64,000 nt of DNA from an uncultured Desulfobacter sp. (GTDB lineage Bacteria; Desulfobacterota; Desulfobacteria; Desulfobacterales; Desulfobacteraceae), in assembly GCA_963665095.1 (NCBI GenBank), contig OY762069.1, positions 5,280,001-5,344,000 on the forward strand. The letters are read 5' to 3'. The notes beneath the pieces are model-generated. The model was not told the DNA's origin and made no database searches. It was given only the letters and a program-made list of their open reading frames with translations. The position numbers and the translations under genes were made by a program. Below are positions 28,989 through 38,708 of the stretch, piece by piece; position 1 is the stretch's first letter; the number at the start of each line of letters is the position of its first letter.

Positions 28989-29237
28989 ATGGATAAAATA
29001 ATTGAAACGATCAATGCTGTACTTGAAGAAGAATTTGAAATAGATCCGGAACTGCTCAAACCTGAAGCCCTGCTTTACGAAGATATTGGACTGGACAGTT
29101 TAGATGCGGTAGACCTTATTGTTATGGTCGATAAAGAACTTGGTGTCCGTATTGAAGAGGATGAAGCCAGAGAACTTCGCACCCTGCAGGATGTCTATAA
29201 CATCATAGAAGAGTTGCTGAGGGTTAAATCCAGTTAA
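28989..29237 (+). CDS. Acyl carrier protein
   Basis: LYEDIGLDSLDAVDL; GGAGA RBS. Confidence 0.9.
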   Translation: MDKIIETINAVLEEEFEIDPELLKPEALLYEDIGLDSLDAVDLIVMVDKELGVRIEEDEARELRTLQDVYNIIEELLRVKSS

Positions 29238-29570
29238 TGTCCCTGTAAAACCGGACAAATGTGTCCATCGCATTCGCCTTATTTCACTTGACAAAAAGGA
29301 AGGTCCTATCTTACTAAGATAAGGATAAGATTTCAGATAAAGAGCGAAAAAGCGGATAGTATTCAAGATGTCACGCCAGTTAAGCTGGATGTGAATATAA
29401 CGCATGTTGGCCATTCCATCATTAATCAAGGCATGGAAAGTGGCATATATAAATGAATTGGTGCGGCTGAATCAAACTATGGCAGCAAACAACGGCACCC
29501 TAATTTTCTGTTCAGCTTTTTCGTTGATATTAGTTCATAAGCAAGGTCAGTTTTTATTTAAGGAGGATCG

Positions 29571-30773
29571 ATGAAACAGTACTGGAAGTTCATTTGGTTT
29601 ATCGGTGTGGTGGTGTTTCTGGCTACAGGCTGTTCGCAGAAAGGGATTGAGGGCATCTCTGCCGAGGACAATCCGACACACCACTATCTTACTGGCATGG
29701 AACTCATTGATGACGGCAAATTAAGTGAGGCCAAAACACATTTTGACCGGGCGTTATTGCTGGCACCTGATTTCGCCCCTGCCCTGGCTGGGAATGCGCT
29801 GGTGGCAGCCTGCACCTGTGAATCCCAGGAGGATGGGGCTCACCGCAGCGTGGATATGGAAAAAGCCCTGGAGCTGATTGAGAAGGCAGAAGATGAAGCG
29901 GACGGTGCTTCCCAGAAATTCTCCATACAGGTAACTGCCATACGCGTCTATACCCATGCTAAACCTAAAAGCTGGCTGCAGAAGGCCCAGGATGCCTATG
30001 ATACCGCATCTGTCATAAAAGATGTCAAGGTAACCGATCTGCCCTACTATCGGGGTCTTGAGGCCGCAGATTACTTCATGGGGCTGGCCGCCTTTCGGGC
30101 ATTTCAGTTCCGGGATGCCGAAGATCTCCTGTCAAAGGTGACCCAGGCCGCACCGGGTCGCTGGCACGAACCTGCCACCGTACTGTTTAAAAAGGTTCAC
30201 AAAATCGTTCGCGCCATAGCCAATTATACCCTGACAGATGTGGCCAAACACATTGCGATCAAAGATGAGGTTGTGCGGGCTGATGTCGCGGCTCTCCTGG
30301 TGGATGAACTGCGCCTGGACAGCCTCATGGCCGGCCGTATCCCCACCCCCCAGAAAAATAAGGCGGAATTTATCCCGGCAGATATTATTACCAATCCCTT
30401 TAAAGATGAAATTCTGACTACCTTAAAATGGCATCTGCGAGGCCTTGAACCGCAATATGATCAAACATCACAGGCCTATCTTTTTCACCCTGACGCACCC
30501 GTACAGCGAAAGGAGCTGGCCTTCATTCTGGAAGATCTTTTAATTAAAATCACCGGCGAAGACAAGCTGTCCAGCACCCACTTTGGTCAGGATCGTTCTC
30601 CTTTCCCGGATGTGGCGCCTTCCGCTCCCTGGTATAATGCCGTGATGAATGCTGTCAGCCGCAGCCTGATGGAGCCTGAGCTTTCCGGCGCGTTCCGGCC
30701 GGATGATACGGCAGATGGTGCGGAGATGCTTCTGGCATTGATGCGGTTGCGTAATGTTATGAATATCTACTGA
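29571..30773 (+). CDS. Lipoprotein with TPR repeats and C-terminal SLH-like motifs
   Basis: Lipobox ATGC; TPR pattern; FHPDAPVQRKE, FPDV...W, FRPDD. Confidence 0.75.
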   Translation: MKQYWKFIWFIGVVVFLATGCSQKGIEGISAEDNPTHHYLTGMELIDDGKLSEAKTHFDRALLLAPDFAPALAGNALVAACTCESQEDGAHRSVDMEKALELIEKAEDEADGASQKFSIQVTAIRVYTHAKPKSWLQKAQDAYDTASVIKDVKVTDLPYYRGLEAADYFMGLAAFRAFQFRDAEDLLSKVTQAAPGRWHEPATVLFKKVHKIVRAIANYTLTDVAKHIAIKDEVVRADVAALLVDELRLDSLMAGRIPTPQKNKAEFIPADIITNPFKDEILTTLKWHLRGLEPQYDQTSQAYLFHPDAPVQRKELAFILEDLLIKITGEDKLSSTHFGQDRSPFPDVAPSAPWYNAVMNAVSRSLMEPELSGAFRPDDTADGAEMLLALMRLRNVMNIY

Positions 30774-30806
30774 TACTAACTTAATGATACCACAAGGAGA
30801 TAGAAT

Positions 30807-31673
30807 ATGAAGCTTGTCAAATTTGCCGGATTTCTGGCTTTAAGTCTAATGCTGCTTACACCTGCCTGGGCAGAAGGCAACTGGGAATCGGTTACCAGTC
30901 AGAATCAGATTTTTGAAAAAGGATATATTCAGGTGGTCAGTGGTTCAGAGGAAGGGCAGAGTCGTTACCGGGCCCTTCGTGCGGCCAAGGTGGTGGCCCA
31001 GCGCGATCTTCTGGAAATTATTCAGGGCTTGAATCTTTACGGCTCCACCACAGTCCAGGACGGCATGCTGCAGTCAGATAATATTAAGACAACAGTTCAG
31101 GGCTTCTTGCGGGGTGCGGCCCAGTGCGGCCAGAGCTACAACTCCGAAAAGGGATTTGCCGAGGTATGCATGCAGGTCCATCTGCGCGGTAAGGGAGGGC
31201 TTTATGAAAGCATCCTTCCCCTGATTACCGACAAAGAGCTTGCCCCTGACGCCAAGCCTGCATTCCAGCCGTCTGCCGGTAATGCGCCAGACCAGGGAAA
31301 TACGACCGGCAATCAGGCTTCAGCCCCGGCTTCCCCCTATGACGGTCTGATCATTGACACCCGGAGCTTCCAATTCCGGCCGGCCCTGGTGAACAGAATT
31401 CTGACTGACCAGGAAGAGGTTGTTTTTGACCCTTCCAAAATCCTAAGCAATATTCTGGTAGAGCGCGGCTGCGGCGGGTTTACAACGGATGACGGTAAAG
31501 CCAAGGCCCTTCTGGAGAGCTGGGGAAGCAAACACCCCATGATCATTCAGACCGTGGATGTTTCCAAGCAGACCGATGCCAAAATATCCAGGAATGATGC
31601 CACAGCGATTACGGTTAACGATCAGGCATCCAACCTGCTCGCGCAGGCACGGGTGGTATTTATTTTAAAATAG
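30807..31673 (+). CDS. Secreted LPP20/FlgP-like protein
   Basis: ALRAAKVVAQRDLLEIIQG....STTVQD...VQGFLRGA; YDGLIID C-domain. Confidence 0.7.
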   Translation: MKLVKFAGFLALSLMLLTPAWAEGNWESVTSQNQIFEKGYIQVVSGSEEGQSRYRALRAAKVVAQRDLLEIIQGLNLYGSTTVQDGMLQSDNIKTTVQGFLRGAAQCGQSYNSEKGFAEVCMQVHLRGKGGLYESILPLITDKELAPDAKPAFQPSAGNAPDQGNTTGNQASAPASPYDGLIIDTRSFQFRPALVNRILTDQEEVVFDPSKILSNILVERGCGGFTTDDGKAKALLESWGSKHPMIIQTVDVSKQTDAKISRNDATAITVNDQASNLLAQARVVFILK

Positions 31674-31812
31674 TTTTGAAATAGTCCGGCAGCCTGTTAA
31701 TTTAAGTTAAGATGCTACAGTGGGCCTGTTTGCCGTCCTTATGGAAAAGGATTTGGCTGAACCGGTCCACTTTTTCACTTCAAACCGGCTCTATCTTCAG
31801 GGAGGTTGAGGT

Positions 31813-33390
31813 TTGCGTCACATATTAAGTGTATCTGTCATTTTTGCTTTGTTAATTGTACCCTTAGGGGCTGCATTCCCCGCCAGTGCAGATCTTGCTA
31901 CGAAGTCGTATTCCACGGAAGCGCTGGAAAAGGAGCACCTTGCACGCTATCATATGAATCTGGCCGGATATCTCATTGATATTGGAAAGTATTTTGAGGC
32001 TCTTGAAAGTTACAAAACAGCCGCAGAAACCACTGCAAATGACGATACAAAAATCCAGGCACTATTGTCCAAAGCCACACTTCTGACCTCGTTTCTGGAT
32101 GCGCCGGATGAGGCCTTAAAAGTGTATCAGCAGATCAGCAAGGGTGGTACCGCATCTGCTGAAATGGCTCAGTACCGTGAGGGGCTTCTCTATTTTGATC
32201 TTAAACGGTACAAAGAGGCTGACGCCACCCTCAGAGCCTACCTGAGAAAATACCCCAGCGGGCGGTTTCGTTTCCAGGCCGAGGCGGTCGCCGGAGAGGT
32301 CGCCAAGATCCTCAAGACCGGGCCGGCCCCGGTTGTGCCCATTTCACCGATTTTGAAGCAGGCCCCCCGGGTGCGGATCCGTGTCTGTAACTCAAGGGGG
32401 AATGCGCAGATTTCAGGCTCTTCAGTATGCGTCCAGGGACTGGGCTGTCAAAAACAATTCAGCCTCGGGATGAGCAACGGTAAACTTACGGTTAACGGCG
32501 CCCCGATATCCGGTGCTTTCGTCACCTTTACCGGCAAAGATCCTTTGACCATTGCCTGCGGCGGCAAAAATAAGCGCCTGCGCGGAGATCTGCAGGCCCG
32601 GATTCACAAAGGCAAGCTTCTGGTTATCAATGTGCTGGATATTGAGGAATATCTGTACAGTGTGGTACCGTCGGAAAATCCCGCGTCCTGGCCCCTGGAA
32701 GCCCTTAAAGCCCAGGCCGTGGCAGCCCGGACCTATGCCTATTACCAGCTTCTTCACCGGAAAGACTGGGCCTATGACCTGGTTGATTATGCCGGGGATC
32801 AGGCCTATGAAGGCATGGCCAAGGAGCACAAGAATACTGCCAGGGCTGTTGATGAAACCCGGGGCATGGTTCTGACCTACGACGGGAAGCCGATACTGGC
32901 CATGTTTTCAGCCAACAGTGGCGGGTATACAGCAGACTCTAAAGCTGTTTTTGATTTGAAAAAGCCCTATCTGATTGCCCGAAGTGATCCGGCAAGTCTG
33001 CATGGCAGCATGGCCAGCTGGACCAGAAAATATCCCAGGGTCAAAGTTGTTGCCGCACTGTCCAAAAGGGGGATTAACGCCACAGGCCTTGAATCCATTC
33101 AGAGCGTGGAAAAAGGACCGTCAGGAAGGATTATTAAGATTCGCCTTGTCAGGAAGGACGGATCTACTATGGTGCTGCGCAATCGGCCTACGCTGCGCAG
33201 GGCCCTGGATCTGCCGGAAATCCTCTTTGATGTTCACAAACAGGACGATATTTTTGTTTTTGAAGGCCATGGCTGGGGCCATGGGGTGGGCTATTCCCAG
33301 TGGGGATCGGCCCATATGGGAAAAACTAAAAACTTCCAGGAAATACTTGCCTTTTATTACGATCAGGCACGGATAGACAAATTGTGGTGA
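31813..33390 (+). CDS. SpoIID/LytB-domain peptidoglycan lytic transglycosylase with N-terminal TPR
   Basis: EEYLYSVVPSE, EALKAQAVAARTYA, GWGHGVGYSQWG, ILAFYY. Confidence 0.9.
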   Translation: MRHILSVSVIFALLIVPLGAAFPASADLATKSYSTEALEKEHLARYHMNLAGYLIDIGKYFEALESYKTAAETTANDDTKIQALLSKATLLTSFLDAPDEALKVYQQISKGGTASAEMAQYREGLLYFDLKRYKEADATLRAYLRKYPSGRFRFQAEAVAGEVAKILKTGPAPVVPISPILKQAPRVRIRVCNSRGNAQISGSSVCVQGLGCQKQFSLGMSNGKLTVNGAPISGAFVTFTGKDPLTIACGGKNKRLRGDLQARIHKGKLLVINVLDIEEYLYSVVPSENPASWPLEALKAQAVAARTYAYYQLLHRKDWAYDLVDYAGDQAYEGMAKEHKNTARAVDETRGMVLTYDGKPILAMFSANSGGYTADSKAVFDLKKPYLIARSDPASLHGSMASWTRKYPRVKVVAALSKRGINATGLESIQSVEKGPSGRIIKIRLVRKDGSTMVLRNRPTLRRALDLPEILFDVHKQDDIFVFEGHGWGHGVGYSQWGSAHMGKTKNFQEILAFYYDQARIDKLW

Positions 33391-33399
33391 TATTCAGGA

Positions 33400-35646
33400 A
33401 TGAACAGTATGCAGATTAGTATGAAACCGGCTTCCCAATTTTTCCCAGAACCGTTGACCATGGCCAGAAAGCTTGTCTTTGTTATTCTGCTTCTTTTCCT
33501 GGTCCTGTCCACAGACAGCAGCTTTGGCATAAGTCAGTCACTGGCCCAGAATATCGACACCCGCAAAGAAATCCAGGCGCTTCTGCAGATCCAGGAACGA
33601 CTCACAGGCGTCAACCGTCTTATCGCCAGAGAATCCCTGCTGGCCGATCAGGAAGGCCGGACACCGGATACAGCACTGCTTCAGGACTTGCGCTTTACCT
33701 ATCAGCGTACTCTCAATGCCATAAAAAAAAATATGAGTATGGCCGAACAGGAGGCCAGACTGAAGCAATCCATGGAAAGTGGTCAGGCGTATCGTGTGGA
33801 TAGCAGGGATGCGCACTCCCTGGGATTTTACGATAGTCTCCTGGACCGGCAGTCAACTGTGTCCCGGAAGGTCAGCCTTTTAAAGTCCTCAGCGGAAAAG
33901 ACAGCAGATGCCCTGGATGCTGCCCGGGCAGATCTGGCTGAGGCCGAGCAGACCTGGCGCAGGATCAAGGAAGAGGTGAAAGCCGAAAAAGGCGGTGATG
34001 CAGAAAACGATCCCCGTTATCTGCGGGCGCAATGGGGCAGGGAGTTGGCCCAGGCCAGGCTGGATCTTCTCAGTGTCAATCGTAAGGGAATTGAAACGGA
34101 TCTGGTGCTGGCAGGGCTGAAACAAAAAATCGCTGACCAGATGACGGAAAAGATACGCCAGGGACTCTCTTTTAAACCGGCCGCCCTGGAACAGGAAATT
34201 GCCCGCCTTGCCGGTGAAAAAGTTGACCTTGAACTGCGTTTGCAAAAGATCCTTGATGGTCAGAAAGCGTTTGAATCCGCCTGGCAGCAGGAGCAGTCAT
34301 CTGCTGCCGAAGATATGGCTGACAAGGCGTTTAAGGCACGTGAATCCTGGCAGGATACCTATGAGACAGCGCTTCAGCGAATTGAGCAGATAACCTATCA
34401 GCTCAATACCCAGGAAAAACTTTGGGGGTTTCGCTATTCCCTTCTGGAAGGAAAAATCCAGCAGAAGGCTTTGAATGAATGGAAAAAGGAGGCAGCCCAG
34501 ATTCAACAGCAGGTGCAGAACAGTGTAAGTCCCCTGCAGACCTGGCAGGCCAACCTGCACACTCAGATAACTACCCTGGAAAGGAGTATGGACAGCGTTG
34601 GCGGCAACGATACCAGATATCCGGCGTTTCAGCTGCAGGCGTTGAAAATGGCCAGTGAGTTTGGGGAGCAGTATCTATCCACGCTTCTGGCAACCGGACA
34701 GCTGGCAAATCGTCTTTTAAATGAAATTGCCCTGCGCAGCGATGATGCGACCCTGGTTGAAAAAATTAAAGCCAGACTCTTTGAGTTTAAGGATCTATGG
34801 CATTTAGAGCTATGGGTCATTGATGAAAACGGCGTGACCGTTAAAAAAGTCGTCACCGCCCTTGGTATCCTGATTGCCGGCCTGTTTTTTGTCCGGATCC
34901 TGATTCGGCTGCTCTCCCGCCGGCTTAAAAAAACAAAAATGGACCCTGGTGCTGTGGCCGCCCTGGAGAAGCTGACCTTTTACCTGGGCGGTATTCTGGT
35001 GGTTCTTTTTTCCCTGCACACGGTGAATATTCCACTCACCGCCTTTACCTTTTTAGGGGGGGCCATTGCCATTGGTTTAGGGTTCGGTACCCAGAACCTG
35101 ATCAACAATCTGATCTCCGGATTCATTATCATGGCGGAACGCCCCATCCGCATCGGTGATGTCATTGAAGTGGACAGTACCCTTGCAGTGGTGGAGGAAA
35201 TCGGTGCCCGCTGTACAAGAATAAAGACTGTGGAGAATATCCATATCCTTGTGCCCAACAGCCATTTTCTGGAGCAAAGCATCACCAACTGGACCCTGTC
35301 GGACAGGGCCATTCGCTTAAATATTTCAGTGGGGGTTGCCTATGGGTCTCCGATAAACAAGGTGCATGACCTGCTGGTGGAGGTGATGCAGGATTTCCCC
35401 TTTATTATGAAAAAACCGGAGCCCTATGTCGTTTTCACCGATTTCGGGGACAATGCGCTTGCGTTTGAGCTGCGTTTCTGGGTCAGGGTGAAAGGGGAGC
35501 CGGAGATGGCACGGACAACGAGTAAGGTGCGGTTTAAAATTTACGAGGTATTAGAAGACAATGACATTGTCATTGCCTTTCCCCAGCGGGATGTTCACCT
35601 GGATACAGCCTCACCGTTAAAAATTCAGTTTCTGGATAAACAATAG
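33400..35646 (+). CDS. Mechanosensitive channel, MscS/MscK family
   Basis: Long coiled-coil periplasmic region; GLGFGTQNLINNLISG, ERPIRIGD, VPNS, AFPQRDVHL; start may be 33460. Confidence 0.9.
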   Translation: MNSMQISMKPASQFFPEPLTMARKLVFVILLLFLVLSTDSSFGISQSLAQNIDTRKEIQALLQIQERLTGVNRLIARESLLADQEGRTPDTALLQDLRFTYQRTLNAIKKNMSMAEQEARLKQSMESGQAYRVDSRDAHSLGFYDSLLDRQSTVSRKVSLLKSSAEKTADALDAARADLAEAEQTWRRIKEEVKAEKGGDAENDPRYLRAQWGRELAQARLDLLSVNRKGIETDLVLAGLKQKIADQMTEKIRQGLSFKPAALEQEIARLAGEKVDLELRLQKILDGQKAFESAWQQEQSSAAEDMADKAFKARESWQDTYETALQRIEQITYQLNTQEKLWGFRYSLLEGKIQQKALNEWKKEAAQIQQQVQNSVSPLQTWQANLHTQITTLERSMDSVGGNDTRYPAFQLQALKMASEFGEQYLSTLLATGQLANRLLNEIALRSDDATLVEKIKARLFEFKDLWHLELWVIDENGVTVKKVVTALGILIAGLFFVRILIRLLSRRLKKTKMDPGAVAALEKLTFYLGGILVVLFSLHTVNIPLTAFTFLGGAIAIGLGFGTQNLINNLISGFIIMAERPIRIGDVIEVDSTLAVVEEIGARCTRIKTVENIHILVPNSHFLEQSITNWTLSDRAIRLNISVGVAYGSPINKVHDLLVEVMQDFPFIMKKPEPYVVFTDFGDNALAFELRFWVRVKGEPEMARTTSKVRFKIYEVLEDNDIVIAFPQRDVHLDTASPLKIQFLDKQ

Positions 35647-35655
35647 GGGATTGAT

Positions 35656-37035
35656 ATGCGAAAGATATTATATTTTTTTCTGTTAGTGGTGATTTTCGGG
35701 CTCTGCTCCTCCGTTGTACATGCTGATTTCAAAAAGACCAAAATTGCGGTTCTGGATTTCCAGGTGCAGGGTCGTTTTGACAACCCGGATATGGGGGCCA
35801 TTGTTGCCGAATGGTTTATCACGGCCATGGTGCGGGAAGGCCGTTTTGATGTGGTTGAGAGGCGGCTCCTTGCGAAAGTGCTCAAGGAGCAGGAACTGGC
35901 CATGACCGGGGCCATTGATGTCAACAGCGCTTCACAGATCGGCAGGCTCCTTGGGGTCAAAACCATCATTTCCGGTTCCGTTATGAAGTTGCAGGATATC
36001 CTTGAAATCAATGCCAGAATTATTGATGTGGAAAGCGGATCCATTATTGCCGCAGAAAATGTCAGAAGTACAACTGCCACGCAACTGCACGATCTGGTGG
36101 ATGCGATGTCAAAAAAGATCATTCATAATTTCCCCCTGGAAGGATATATCGTCTATCGTAATAATGATAACGTTACCCTTGACCTGGGAATGAATTCGGG
36201 CGTTAAAAAAGGCATGACCTTTATGGTGTATAAAGAAGGGGAGGTGATCAAACATCCGAAAACAAATGAAATCCTGGATGTAAAACAGATTCGGACGGGA
36301 ACGGTGAGCATATTTAATGTGGGGGAAAAGATCTGTGAGGGGACGATTACCGAAGAGGCCTCTCCGGGGGCAGTTGATTACGGTCAGATGGTGAAAAGTA
36401 TCACCGCAACCCTCCCCGGAGAGCCACGACTATTTGTGGATACCTCTCCGGAGGATGCCAGGATTCGGATTCTTAACATTACTCCCAGGTACCAGCGGGG
36501 CATGATCCTTGACCTGGGACGATACCATGTTGAGGTGTCAGCGCCGGGTTATGAAACCGCCTATTTCTGGGTGAGTCTGGATGCAAAAGAAGATAAGCAT
36601 ATTTCCATCAGCCTGGTAAAAAGTATCTCTTCCCCTGCACCTCAGCCGGCTCAAATTCAGGCTGAAAGCAAACCCTATGTGTCTCCTGCCCCGGCCACAC
36701 CCCAGTCGACAGCCCTGAACGCTACCCAGAAAAACTATGTCAAGATGCTTACCTCCCGGTCTCTGGCAGATAAAAAACGTGCTGCCAAGCTGATGACCCG
36801 GGCCAAGTATTCCGATACAAAGGTACTGGATGTTGCGGAGGACGAGTTGCTGAAAGGATATCCCCGGGCCGAAACAGACAGACAGATGGTGGATACCATG
36901 TCGTGGTTATGCAATGCCCTGGGCGCTTCCGGAAATAGCAAATACCGGGGGACTTTGGGGGAGGTTGCCAAGAACAGCAAGCATAGAAAGCTGAAAGGTT
37001 ATGCAGAGAAGAATTATAAGCAGCTAGGCAAGTAA
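35656..37035 (+). CDS. Secreted CsgG/FlgO-like protein with FlgT-C-like, PEGA and helical C-terminal domains
   Basis: KIAVLDF, FDVVERR, IGRLLGV..IISGS, NARIIDVESG; LDLG..SGVKKG; PEGA-like YHVEVSAPGYE. Confidence 0.65.
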   Translation: MRKILYFFLLVVIFGLCSSVVHADFKKTKIAVLDFQVQGRFDNPDMGAIVAEWFITAMVREGRFDVVERRLLAKVLKEQELAMTGAIDVNSASQIGRLLGVKTIISGSVMKLQDILEINARIIDVESGSIIAAENVRSTTATQLHDLVDAMSKKIIHNFPLEGYIVYRNNDNVTLDLGMNSGVKKGMTFMVYKEGEVIKHPKTNEILDVKQIRTGTVSIFNVGEKICEGTITEEASPGAVDYGQMVKSITATLPGEPRLFVDTSPEDARIRILNITPRYQRGMILDLGRYHVEVSAPGYETAYFWVSLDAKEDKHISISLVKSISSPAPQPAQIQAESKPYVSPAPATPQSTALNATQKNYVKMLTSRSLADKKRAAKLMTRAKYSDTKVLDVAEDELLKGYPRAETDRQMVDTMSWLCNALGASGNSKYRGTLGEVAKNSKHRKLKGYAEKNYKQLGK

Positions 37036-37165
37036 AACCGCTTTGGCGGTATCCAAAGGCCTGCTTTTATCATTTATATAAAGTCTCAATAAGTTGTTGG
37101 GATACTTTCATGCGTTGTTGTGGGCGCAAGCCTGGCAATTGATATGACAGGTCAGCCCATGGCTG

Positions 37166-38452
37166 TCATTCCGGATAAAGACGACTTTCAAGTCCAAGTC
37201 CATAGGCCACACTGGTAAATGCATCAGAGGTCCTGATTTTTTCATATCCCCATCGTGATTCAAATACAGCCCGGATACCTGGTATATAAGAGGTGCCGCC
37301 GGTGAGGAAAACGGCATCAATACGGTCCGGGCTGATACCGGCATCAGCGAGGGTCTGATCCACGCAGGTGCCGATTTTTTCAACGAGATCCTCAATCATC
37401 TGTTCAAACTCATTTCTTTGAACCGGCTCCTCAATGTTAATATTATAGTCATTGAAAGAAACGGTACTTTCTTCATGGTCGGACAGACGGCATTTGGCTG
37501 CCTCAATGGCCTTGAACAAAAGATAACCGTAATTATCCTCAATCAGATGCTCAAGATTTTCCAGAAGCCGTTTGTCTCTCAGGCCGGCACAGACTTTCAG
37601 CTCCTTTATATTCTCCAGGGTTTTGGGCTGTCGGAGCCATGGGATACGGTGCCATTGCAGAAGATGGGTTAAAACCAGGGGGGACAGGCCTGTCAGGTTG
37701 TCACTGAACATGGATTTTACCTGAACCTGGGTGCCGTAATACCGGGCTACTTTGTGGCGCATGATTCTGGCGTCAAAATCATCACCGCCGTTATATAAGC
37801 CGCCCACGGACAGGATGCTTTGTGCCGGAGGGAAAGGACGGCTGCGATTCCCCACCTTGAGAACGGTAAAATCTGAGCTGCCGGCACCAAAGTCTCCCAC
37901 CAGTACAATCTGCTCTTCATTATCGGGTAAACTGGCTTCATAGGCCCGGGCTGCGGCCACCGGTTCCATTTGCAAATGGATCTCCTTGAACCCGGCAAGT
38001 TGTGCCGCCCGGATCAGGCGGTCCTGTGCGGTGCGTTCACGGATCTCTTCTGTTGAAAAAATCACCGGTCGACCCAGGATAACCCGATCAACCTCCCTGC
38101 CGATAATATTTTCTCCACGGGTTTTCATTGTTTTAAGGAGAATGGCGATGAGCTCTTCCAGGGTATAGCTTTTACCGTATACGGTTGTAGTTTTAAAAGA
38201 GGTGTCTGATAAAAAGGACTTAACAGACTGCATGTAGCGACCTTCAGCTCCGTTGTCAATATACTGTCTGACCCCTTCATGGCCCACAAAGGCCTTCGCT
38301 TTACCCTCTTCCTTGAAAAAATAGAGTATGGATTTCAAAGAGTTTGATATTGGATTGCCGGGATCAACGTCCAGGAGTCGTACCTGGTTGTCAAAATTTA
38401 CAGCCAATGCGGAGTTGGAGGTGCCAAAATCTATACCAAATGTGGGTCTCAT
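37166..38452 (-). CDS. Hsp70-family protein, YegD-like
   Basis: GIDFGTSNS, LGRPV.F, EPVAAA, DFGAGSSDF, FLTGGTS; no substrate-binding domain. Confidence 0.88.
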   Translation of the reverse strand: MRPTFGIDFGTSNSALAVNFDNQVRLLDVDPGNPISNSLKSILYFFKEEGKAKAFVGHEGVRQYIDNGAEGRYMQSVKSFLSDTSFKTTTVYGKSYTLEELIAILLKTMKTRGENIIGREVDRVILGRPVIFSTEEIRERTAQDRLIRAAQLAGFKEIHLQMEPVAAARAYEASLPDNEEQIVLVGDFGAGSSDFTVLKVGNRSRPFPPAQSILSVGGLYNGGDDFDARIMRHKVARYYGTQVQVKSMFSDNLTGLSPLVLTHLLQWHRIPWLRQPKTLENIKELKVCAGLRDKRLLENLEHLIEDNYGYLLFKAIEAAKCRLSDHEESTVSFNDYNINIEEPVQRNEFEQMIEDLVEKIGTCVDQTLADAGISPDRIDAVFLTGGTSYIPGIRAVFESRWGYEKIRTSDAFTSVAYGLGLESRLYPE

Positions 38453-38708
38453 GGTCTTTCTTTACAAATATTTCCAGCATAACCGGATAAATAATGATTA
38501 AAAAAAACTTTATATTTACAGGATACTTAACCGTTTGAAAAGCCCCTGGTGAAAAATTTGTAAAAACAGAATTCTCTTCCCTTTGATATTGCCTTTCACA
38601 GTGCAAACATGGTTTAAAAAACAGGTTGAGTTCCATGGGCTTCCGGAATACAGACTTCTTAGACAGATCTGTTGAAAATAAGCTGAATCAATACCTGACA
38701 GGAGCATC

